Made by a program: the position numbers and the translations under genes. Below the pieces are notes generated by a model, which was not told the DNA's origin, did no database searches, and saw nothing but the letters and a program-made list of their open reading frames with translations. From Octopus vulgaris (lineage: Eukaryota), in the NCBI GenBank assembly GCA_951406725.2, contig OX597836.1:23126001-23190000 (forward strand): a DNA stretch of 64,000 nucleotides, given 5' to 3'. Shown one piece after another: positions 55,305 to 64,000 of the stretch. How positions within the stretch are numbered: position 1 is the stretch's first letter; each line of letters starts with the position of its first letter.

Positions 55305-55699
55305 CTCTTTTACTCTTTTACTTGTTTCAGTCATTTGACTGCAGCCATGCTGGAGCACCGCCTTTAGTCGAGCAAATCGACCCCGGGACTTATTCTTTGT
55401 AAGCCCAGTACTTATTCTATCGGTCTCTTTTGCCGAACCGCTAAGTGATGGGGACGTAAACACACCAGCAATGCTAGGGGGACAAACACAGACACACAAA
55501 CATATACACACACACTTATATATATATACATATATACGACAGGCTTCTTTCATTTTCCGTCTACCAAATCCACTCATAAGGCATTGGTCGGCCCAGGGCT
55601 ATAGCAGAAGACACTTGCCCAAGATGCCACGCAGTGGGACTGAACCCGGAACCATGTGGTTGGTTAGCAAGCTACTTACAACACAGCCACTCCTGCGCC
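55305..55699 (-). mobile_element. SINE family A in MED30 intron 1
   Basis: Same consensus; older copies at about 3600-3882- and 47991-48372+. Confidence 0.9.
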
Positions 55700-56670
55700 T
55701 ATCATAATTTTTGTTTTTAAATCTGCCAAAACTTACAAAAAAACAAAAAAGGTTTAAATTTGAAAACTCCGTGTTACTTTGTTTAAATGACTGACCATTT
55801 ATTAATGGGGGTTCATTTAAAATTAAACTTAATTTACCAACTCTCCACCAAGCTAAAATTCTTACATGTTTATCCAACTTCGTGATTTCTATAAACCAAG
55901 GAACATGTGTAATGGTGAAGAAACTTTTTTCCAAAATTTTTCCAACTTCCTGTTTTGCCACACACATACATGAATCTATGAGCCAACAGGAGAACCTCCA
56001 TTTGGTTTCTCAAGTGGTGGTCGTCTATATGTTTTATGTACGTTTTTAAAGGTGTTTTGTAAAATAGCTTTCACGTAATCTAAATAATACCAAATACTGT
56101 GTTGGAATTAATCCCAGTTCAACCTTGATCCAACAGACCTACGGTCAAAGACTTTCCACCCAAATCCACCCCCAGCTCTATTGATGAAAATACCCGAGTA
56201 AACAAGACGGAAGTGGAAGAAAGACGGATTTTACTAGGGAGTGGGGGTAGAAAGGGATGGGCGGGGGAAGGGAGAATTGATCTTTGAGACACAATGTATC
56301 CAAAACTACATAATTTATATATGATACTAGAAAATGAATAAGGGAGATTTGGCTACCATCCTTCGTTTTCGAGGGGGTATATCGAAAGAATGCCGATTTG
56401 GCTGTTATTCTTAGCAAGTCGAAAGACCACTCAGAGCTTCTTGGCGTTAGATCATGCAGGATATTGTTTTTAATCAAGCGAGCTTGTTTACTGCGTTTAA
56501 TTGTTAAAAGTATTCCACCAAGAAGTGTTGATGTATTTTAATATTCAAACAACAAAAGCATCGATATGTGATCTAGTTGGTTCGGCTTCAGTTTGTTTAT
56601 TTCGTTCAGAAATATCCAACGAGCATATTAATATTCCTTCAACCACAAACAATACGAAGATACAATATTT

Positions 56671-56888
56671 GGTGCTACAAGCGAACAGTGGTCCCGGTGC
56701 GCGCACTCGCTAGCTAGTTGTAAGTAGTCGATCCTACAATTTTTTAAACTAAGTAAATAAATTATTTTTATAAACAAACTAGGGGTTAGGTTTAAGGGTT
56801 AAAAAGTCGTTGTAGGATCGACTACTTACGACTAGCAAGCGCAGGTGCGCGAGTGCGCGCACCGGGACCACTGTTAGCTTGTAGTACC
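56671..56888. mobile_element. MITE with about 70-bp TIRs, GG termini and 8-bp TSD (Merlin-like)
   Basis: CAATATTT|GGTGCTACAAGC...GCTTGTAGTACC|CAATATTT. Confidence 0.85.
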
Positions 56889-57160
56889 CAATATTTTCAA
56901 AAGATAGTATATTAATAATATTTTTTAATATTGTAATCTGTGTCTGTTAGAAGTCAATACTACTTTCTAATTTGAAAATAAACTTAGAACAACAACGAAT
57001 TCTATAAATTCTGTAAAACTGAAAAATATGCCGCAAACACGTTTTCCTTCCGAATCATAACAAAGCTGATAAAAATTTTAAATGAAAAATATTTACTATG
57101 TTCATGTGTTTCCTGAAGTATACAATCAGAGAAACGTATTTTTCCAGATGTAAATATTTT

Positions 57161-57270
57161 ACTTACAGAAATAATTCCTGGAAACGTCGACCCAAATGAA
57201 ATGAGATCAAACCGAGCCAAAACGATATTCCAGCGCCATACTTTTTATGAAAGTGACGTCATTTCCGCTT
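57161..57270 (-). promoter_or_regulatory. Probable MED30 promoter and non-coding exon 1
   Basis: CpG-retaining segment; GCGGAAATGACGTCA (ETS-CRE composite) at 57254-57268; YY1-like AAGTATGGCG near 57234-57243; donor GTAAGT at 57166-57161. Confidence 0.6.
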
Positions 57271-57481
57271 AGAGTCTCTCCTTGTTTTGTAGTCCCCCAG
57301 GTCAACCCTGGTCACCCGCACTGGTTCCTAGGACACTTATGTGACGTTTGGCTACGTTGTAATTAATTATTCCCCTGGATCTTTCCTATAATTTGAACAT
57401 TCGGACATATCATCACACGCACACACACATATATATATATAAAGAGTTAAAACAACTCATATATTTGTTGTAAACAGATAT

Positions 57482-57511
<30 letters not shown>

Positions 57512-57512
<1 letters not shown>

Positions 57513-58096
57513 GTAGTGGATGCGTGGATGTATTAATAAATACATAAGTGCTTTGTAATAAATTAAAGATTTATTATCACTACATCAATTTGTAAGCAAT
57601 GTTACACATCGCTTGTACAAAATGCATATTAAATAGTGGTTGCAAATAATACATATTAAAGGAATGCATAATACAGGATACACATTAAAGCAGAATATGT
57701 TTGATGGTGCGTGTGTGTGCGTGTGTGTAAATCATGCATGACAGAGTCACCTTTCTGAATATTCTTTCGTTGTCCTCATAAATGCGTGACGTTCTCTTAA
57801 ACGTTGGTTCGGCTTCTCTCCAGATACCTATTTCTCCGTTCTATTTATAACATCTCAAATAGCCAGAAAAATAGATATACCGCAAGAGTGTTATTGCGTA
57901 CAGTAGGTCGCTGGTCGTCCTGTTAAACTTCGCCTGACCTGCTCGGGTCAGAGGTCGAAGGGAGACGATCCATCATTTTTTGTCAGAACAAAGAGATTCT
58001 GATTTCGCGCCTTTTTGTGCATTGGTATTTTACGACCAATGATTCTTGGGTCTGATTTCGAATCCAAGCTTTGAGAAGGAAGTGCTAATTCTTACA
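57512..58096 (-). repeat. 3' LTR (585 bp)
   Basis: Adjacent to the PPT; on -, TATAAATA near 57849-57842 and AATAAA at 57575-57570. Confidence 0.96.
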
Positions 58097-58691
58097 CTAC
58101 CCCCCTTCTAGTGAGAAAGCCATAGAGATCGAACGATATTGGAAATGTATTATTATTATTATTTTTTTTTTTTTTTGATTGTGTGCATGTAGAAAAAAAA
58201 ATTTTTTTACACATTGAACGATAAAAATATGCATGAAAGGTTTACAATTTGTGTGTGCTATATGGTGGGCAATATGTATATGTGCCCAGGCAGAATTATG
58301 TTGGCGCGTTGAAAGAGATGTGCGTCTATTGATTACTCGACCTACTAGAGGTCTAATAGAGGCAAGGTGTCTTTCAGTGGCGAAAAAATATCGAGTGATA
58401 GCACGCATGAGAACAAGATTTGTAAATGTGTGTGGATATACAGTTAGCAAAAAAATATATTTATGAGAAAGCAAACATTTTGAAGAGAAAACAAAAAAAT
58501 ATGTACATGCAAAAATGAAAGAAATGTTCATCGGCAAAGTTCGATTTTGAAATGTTCCGTAAAAGTTCATACAGACAGTTTTTGTTTTCATTTTTTTTTT
58601 TCTTTACGTACACAAATGTTCTTTGATTTCTCTGGGTGGGTGATGCAGTTATGTGTTCATTAGGAAGATGGATACGTTAGGAGTTCAGAAC

Positions 58692-61600
58692 TTACCCGAA
58701 AAACTTGCACAAACCTTGCTGGCCATCGAACTGTTCTTCCTGATTTGGTGTGTCGGGGTTGTGCAGAATCTGTGGTGTTCGCTGGAGTTGCCGAGTCTGT
58801 TTGAGGAAAAGAGGGGACTGAATGTAAGTCCTCCTCGATGAAAGCTTTTTTAAACGATCAATCGAGACCGTATTTCGTTTACCTCCAATATCGAGGACGA
58901 AATACTTGGGTTCTCTTTTGATGACCTTGTAGGGCCCGGAATATGGTGGTCGAAGTTGAGAGGGTATCCCATCATTCCTCACGAAGACATGAGTCCATGT
59001 GTTGATATCTTTTGGGACACGTGAAACGACGTTCTGTTGTCTGGGGCCTGAGGGTGATACTTGCGACATGGATGTTCGTAATCGGTGCACATATTGTTGT
59101 GGGTCAGGGAAGTTTTGTGAAACAGGTTCGATCATCTGCCCAGGTAAGGTGAGTGTTGTGCCATAAACGAGTTCGGCCGGAGTATATCCCAGTTCTTCCT
59201 TAATCGTGGATCGAATTCCAAGGAGGATGAGAGGGAGATGTTCCAACCAGTGAGAACTGTCTGGAGCTGCTTTTATAGATGCCTTGAGTTGGCGGTGAAA
59301 GCGTTCCACCATGCCATTTGCTGCAGGGTGGTAAGCTGTAGTGCGGGTGTGTTTACACCCGAGGAGACGAGTCAGCTCGGTGAAAAGGTGGGAATCGAAC
59401 TGACGTCCTCTGTCGGTGGTAATTGTTGCGGGTGTGCCAAAACGCGAAACCCATTGTGATATCAGTGTTTTAGCGACCGTTTCTGCTGATATATCAGATA
59501 AGGGCCAGGCTTCGGGCCATCGCGAGAACCTATCTACGCAAGTTAGCAAATATGAATAGTTCTGCGAAGGTGGTAGGGGTCCAACGATATCAATGTGAAC
59601 GTGCTGAAATCGTGCATCGGGCTGCGAAAATGAACCGATTGGTGATTTTATGTGCCGGTGGATTTTCGCTTTTTGGCACGCAACACAGCACTTGGTCCAT
59701 TCTCTGATATCCTTGTTGATACTGGTCCACACAAAACGGGTCGATATTAGCTTTTGAGTGGAGCGAATACCAGGATGTGACAGAGAATGTAGAGCGGAGA
59801 AAACTTCTCGACGATATTTCTGTGGTACATAAGGGCGTTGGTAACCAGTGGAAATATCACACCAAATATGGGCTGTGGATGATGGTAGTGGAACATGCTG
59901 AAATTTCAGAGATGACGAATTCCGGAGCTTTAGAAGTTCTTCGTCATTCTCCTGGTCAGCTGCTATACGTGCCAGATCAATTGTAGACGTGGTGTGGATA
60001 GCATTGATCTGCGCACGTGAAAGTGCATCGGCTGCCACGTTGGTCGTCCCTTTGATGTGGCGTATATCCGTCGTGTACTGCGATATGAAGTCGAGGTGAC
60101 GAATTTCTCTCGGCGAATGGCGATCCGGTTTGGTGTTAAATGCGTATACTAATGGCTTGTGGTCGGTATATATGGCAAAATTGGTACCTTCTAGCATATG
60201 ACGGAAATGCTTAACGGCCAGGTATGCCGCCAATAATTCCCGACTGAATGTGCTGTATTTGGTTTCCGCGGGTTTTAACCGCTTAGAAAAGAAAGACAAC
60301 GGTTGCCATATACCGTCAACAAGCTGTTGTAGCACAGCTCCGATTCCGGAATCGGATGCATCAACGAGTAAACATCGTGGGGCGTCTGGTTTTGGATAAA
60401 CCAACATGGTAGCGCTAGATAACGCTTTTTTCAGGGCAGCGAAAGAAACGAGTTGATCTTCGGTCAGAGCTATATCTGCATTTTTGCCGGTTCGCTGACG
60501 TAGCAAATCCGTGAGCGGTTGCGCTATTTCAGCGAGGTGGGGCACGAACCGTCGATAGAAATTCGCTAGACCGAGATATTCCCTTAATTTGCGGAGAGAT
60601 GTGGGTGGTGGAAAATCCACGATGGCCTTGACTTTCTCGGGAAGGGGACGAATTCCATTTTTATCGACTATATGGCCGAGAAAATGAAGGGAAGCAACTC
60701 CGAACAAACATTTAGTAGGGTTGATAACAATTCCAAATTTACGTAAACGTTCGAATAGCAGGTGAAGGTGTTGATTATGCTCTTCGTCCGAGTTACTGGC
60801 CACGAGTATGTCGTCTATGTAGGCATAGACGAAAGGCAAACCTCTAGTCACCATGTCGATAAACCTTTGGAATGTCTGTGCCGCGTTTCGTAAACCGAAA
60901 GGCATACGCAGGAATTCAAACATTCCGAAAGGTGTAGTCACTGCTGTCTTTGAGATGTCTGCAGGTTCGACTGGGATTTGGTTGTATGCTCGCACCAGGT
61001 CAATTTTTGAAAAGATGCGAGCTCCATGCAGCGAGCTCGAAAAGTCCTGAAGAAAAGGCACCGGATAGGCATCACTGATAGTGCTTTTATTCAGTGATCG
61101 ATAATCGCCGCAAACCCGCCAATCGGTCGATGATTTTTTTGGGACGCAGTGTATCGGCGAGGACCAGTTGCTGCTGGAAACGCGGATGATTCCGAGGTCG
61201 AGCATGTGCTGGAATTCCCGCTTGACGGCCTGGAGACGATCAGGTGGTAACCTTCTGGGCCTTGCAGCAACAGGTGGACCGCTGGTTTTGATGTGGTGGG
61301 TAACGTCGTGCTTTATCGGCTGGTTATGAAAAACTGGCCGGGCGACATCTGGATAATCATTCAGGATGGAACTGTGACGAGTCGTTGTCGTAAGCATTAC
61401 AGTTGGGCTGACTGTGCCCATTCGAGCGGCTATACCGCGCACAGTAAGCTTGGTGGTGGTGTCGACAAGTCGTCTGTTCTTTATGTCTACCAGGAGACCG
61501 AAATGATGCAGGAAATCGGCTCCTAAGATAGGGGTCGGCAGTTTAGCGACGACGAATACCCACTGAAATGTGCGGCGTAGTCCTATGTTTAATGTTAGGG

Positions 61601-61901
61601 ACTGTTCACCGTAGGTTGGAATGGGTGAATGGTTGACTGCCTGAAGACAGACTGATGTCTCTTTTCTTTTTCCAGAAGTGTTGGAGACTGGTATGATGCT
61701 GACTTCCGCACCTGTGTCAACCAGGAAACGCGTGCCTGTTACACGATCGCAAACGAAAAACAGGCGACTGTGTGGGTGCGAACCAGGAACTTCCGTCGCG
61801 TTCAATTCCTGGCTGTGCCGTTTCCCGAACTGGGTGAGGAAAACGAGCACGGTACCGTACATTTTTGTGCCCGTGTTCCGAATGTTCGGTGGTACCAACA
61901 C
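58692..61901 (-). CDS. pol: Retrotransposon Pol (protease, RT, RNase H, integrase), entered by -1 frameshift
   Basis: [10 protein letters not shown]; YAYIDDILV; [23 protein letters not shown]; HHCC, HIDIVGP/TDRGRQF/NGMVER, GPY. Confidence 0.97.
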   Translation of the reverse strand: MLVPPNIRNTGTKMYGTVLVFLTQFGKRHSQELNATEVPGSHPHSRLFFVCDRVTGTRFLVDTGAEVSIIPVSNTSGKRKETSVCLQAVNHSPIPTYGEQSLTLNIGLRRTFQWVFVVAKLPTPILGADFLHHFGLLVDIKNRRLVDTTTKLTVRGIAARMGTVSPTVMLTTTTRHSSILNDYPDVARPVFHNQPIKHDVTHHIKTSGPPVAARPRRLPPDRLQAVKREFQHMLDLGIIRVSSSNWSSPIHCVPKKSSTDWRVCGDYRSLNKSTISDAYPVPFLQDFSSSLHGARIFSKIDLVRAYNQIPVEPADISKTAVTTPFGMFEFLRMPFGLRNAAQTFQRFIDMVTRGLPFVYAYIDDILVASNSDEEHNQHLHLLFERLRKFGIVINPTKCLFGVASLHFLGHIVDKNGIRPLPEKVKAIVDFPPPTSLRKLREYLGLANFYRRFVPHLAEIAQPLTDLLRQRTGKNADIALTEDQLVSFAALKKALSSATMLVYPKPDAPRCLLVDASDSGIGAVLQQLVDGIWQPLSFFSKRLKPAETKYSTFSRELLAAYLAVKHFRHMLEGTNFAIYTDHKPLVYAFNTKPDRHSPREIRHLDFISQYTTDIRHIKGTTNVAADALSRAQINAIHTTSTIDLARIAADQENDEELLKLRNSSSLKFQHVPLPSSTAHIWCDISTGYQRPYVPQKYRREVFSALHSLSHPGIRSTQKLISTRFVWTSINKDIREWTKCCVACQKAKIHRHIKSPIGSFSQPDARFQHVHIDIVGPLPPSQNYSYLLTCVDRFSRWPEAWPLSDISAETVAKTLISQWVSRFGTPATITTDRGRQFDSHLFTELTRLLGCKHTRTTAYHPAANGMVERFHRQLKASIKAAPDSSHWLEHLPLILLGIRSTIKEELGYTPAELVYGTTLTLPGQMIEPVSQNFPDPQQYVHRLRTSMSQVSPSGPRQQNVVSRVPKDINTWTHVFVRNDGIPSQLRPPYSGPYKVIKREPKYFVLDIGGKRNTVSIDRLKKLSSRRTYIQSPLFLKQTRQLQRTPQILHNPDTPNQEEQFDGQQGLCKFFG

Positions 61902-62677
61902 GTGTCATGTGAGTTTCGGGTAGCACTGGGGCTTCGAGACCGTCTGCCATCTCGTCGAGATCGGCTGGTGCTTCGACGCTGGGGACTAAACTTTAGGGCT
62001 TGTATTTGGGCTGTGAGAATTTGTATTTGCGCAGCTTGCTGCGTCATTAATGCACGCAAATCCGAAATCTCTGAAGAACTGGTTTGTGCACGGAAAGGAT
62101 TGGTACTGGGAGCGGCTGGCGTCACCGTCGATACCGTTGGATATCTGTGCGGTACTTCGGCTATTTTGTCAGCTAGCTCCGCCAGTTCTTCAAGGGATGT
62201 GTTTTCTCTGGTGGACGCGAGAACAACCTGGGTATTGGAGGGCAGACGCTGGAGAAAAAGTTGCTTGAAGATTTTTTCTGGGAGCGTCTCATCTCCGAGA
62301 AGCTGTTTCATTCTCCGAAGAAGCTGGGACGGCGTTTTGTCACCCAATTCTTCCGATATCAGAAGCTGGTGAAGTCTTTTTTGTTGGGATTCTGAGGTTC
62401 TGTTTATTAACGTTGTTTTAAAAACTTCATATGAAACAGAACCGGGTGGTGCCATGATAAGGTCGCGTATCACGTTCGTTATTTCTGGTGACAGAGAACT
62501 GATAACGTGAGAAAGTCGAGCCGCATCGCTCGATATTCTGTGAGAGGCAAACTGTGCCTCTATATGGTGAAACCACAATGTCGGGTCGTGTGTCCAGAAT
62601 GGTGGAATTTTTAACGAGATCGCCGCTTGGAATGCCATGTCGATGTTGGCCGCTGGGTTTTGTTCCGGGAGATTCAT
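61802..62677 (-). CDS. gag: Retrotransposon Gag
   Basis: 291 aa; [54 protein letters not shown] (CHCC motif). Confidence 0.95.
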   Translation of the reverse strand: MNLPEQNPAANIDMAFQAAISLKIPPFWTHDPTLWFHHIEAQFASHRISSDAARLSHVISSLSPEITNVIRDLIMAPPGSVSYEVFKTTLINRTSESQQKRLHQLLISEELGDKTPSQLLRRMKQLLGDETLPEKIFKQLFLQRLPSNTQVVLASTRENTSLEELAELADKIAEVPHRYPTVSTVTPAAPSTNPFRAQTSSSEISDLRALMTQQAAQIQILTAQIQALKFSPQRRSTSRSRRDGRRSRSPSATRNSHDTCWYHRTFGTRAQKCTVPCSFSSPSSGNGTARN

Positions 62678-62795
62678 TGTTTTCGTCGGAATTTTCAGTT
62701 GCTTCGTTGCTGGTGATGTGCAAACTGTAATTCTTCGACGCGGTTGATGAAGCTGGTTCCAGGGAAGGCGCGATTCGTTTTACGGGGTCACCAAA

Positions 62796-63376
62796 TGTAG
62801 TGGATGCGTGGATGTATTAATAAATACATAAGTGCTTTGTAATAAATTAAAGATTTATTATCACTACATCAATTTGTAAGCAATGTTACACATCGCTTGT
62901 ACAAAATGCATATTAAATAGTGGTTGCAAATAATACATATTAAAGGAATGCATAATACAGGATACACATTAAAGCAGAATATGTTTGATGGTGCGTGTGT
63001 GTGCGTGTGTGTAAATCATGCATGACAGAGTCACCTTTCTGAATATTCTTTCGTTGTCCTCATAAATGCGTGACGTTCTCTTAAACGTTGGTTCGGCTTC
63101 TCTCCAGATACCTATTTCTCCGTTCTATTTATAACATCTCAAATAGCCAGAAAAATAGATATACCGCAAGAGTGTTATTGCGTACAGTAGGTCGCTGGTC
63201 GTCCTGTTAAACTTCGCCTGACCTGCTCGGGTCAGAGGTCGAAGGGAGACGATCCATCATTTTTTGTCAGAACAAAGAGATTCTGATTTCGCGCCTTTTT
63301 GTGCATTGGTATTTTACGACCAATGATTCTTGGGTCTGATTTCGAATCCAAGCTTTGAGAAGGAAGTGCTAATTCT

Positions 63377-63380
<4 letters not shown>
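62796..63380 (-). repeat. 5' LTR (585 bp)
   Basis: No difference from 57512-58096 found by eye; adjacent to the PBS. Confidence 0.96.
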
Positions 63381-63423
<43 letters not shown>

Positions 63424-64000
63424 TTCGAGTAACAGCTTTTGTTAAATTTCTGCTGATTTAAATAAAGTATATATATATATATATAAAATTACCTGTTAAA
63501 GTTGGTTTTTCTTGTATTTAAATGTACACTAGGATCTTGTCTGCCGTTCAAAAGGAAAAGATGCGTACAGTATTATTTATATATATATGTGTAGCATAAC
63601 TACAGATTCTTGCCTCCCCACCGACTTTGGATGATCATAACATTGTCTACGAATATGTGTTATATCATGTAGATTCCGAATATGCAAAACTTTTGGGGGA
63701 AATCTGTTTTAGGAGGGGTGGGTGGGGAATTTCGGAAAATTCACCGGCGTCCACTTCAATTCGCCTTAACTTTCAAGAAAATAGATATTTTTTAATGAAA
63801 TTTTCTACAAATATATCTCGGACTATGTAGATTCCGAGAACATAGAAGGAGGAAAACAATTGGGAGCTACTTTTGAGGACCGTTCCCCACTCGGGGGTGT
63901 TTCGGAACAAGTCCATATTTGTTTCATTTTCTCCGTTTTGTGCATCCGTAGATTTCTATTGAAGCGGCAGGCATGAAGCTCAGGTCCGTGTGTTTCACAT

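Larger units (their letters stand above)
57512..63380 (-). mobile_element. Full-length Ty3/Gypsy LTR retrotransposon, CsRn1/Kabuki/Boudicca lineage
   Basis: Two 585-bp TG...CA LTRs; PBS TGGTGACCCCG (tRNA-Trp) at 62793-62783; PPT AAGGGGGGTAG at 58107-58097; gag with CHCC knuckle; pol in PR-RT-RH-IN order; inserted in a (TA)n tract. Confidence 0.97.

Noticed and set aside
59238-62372. Plus-strand ORFs within the retrotransposon
   Set aside because: Antisense shadows of gag/pol with no motifs

Overview
AT-rich, repeat-dense eukaryotic DNA. It is almost certainly octopod (inferred from the tRNA-derived SINE families and microsatellite load), so no prokaryotic features are expected. It holds two intact, convergent, multi-exon genes. 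On +, pre-mRNA splicing factor CWC22/nucampholin has 17 coding exons that I traced in frame from 18855 to 47262 (about 2050 aa). These include one 3.25-kb exon encoding a very large low-complexity N-terminus; the start exon is unresolved. On -, Mediator subunit MED30 has 4 coding exons at 52400-55149 (250 aa) and a likely non-coding exon 1 and promoter near 57.2 kb. Directly upstream of MED30 lies a full-length, very young Ty3/Gypsy element of the CsRn1 lineage (57512-63380, -), with 585-bp LTRs that look identical, a tRNA-Trp PBS, a CHCC gag and a -1 frameshifted pol. The remainder is SINEs, RTE/CR1/CRE LINE fragments, a mariner relic, piggyBac/hAT/Merlin-type MITEs and microsatellites. Best leads: ULM-like motifs and a 10-aa repeat in the giant CWC22 exon; a regenerated 5' splice site at a CWC22 exon junction; A-to-I-restorable codons at conserved CWC22 positions; an unexplained CpG-rich duplicated structured element in a CWC22 intron; and a second -1 frameshift hiding the canonical integrase tail. 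All of these are hypotheses from reading by eye; no searches were run.
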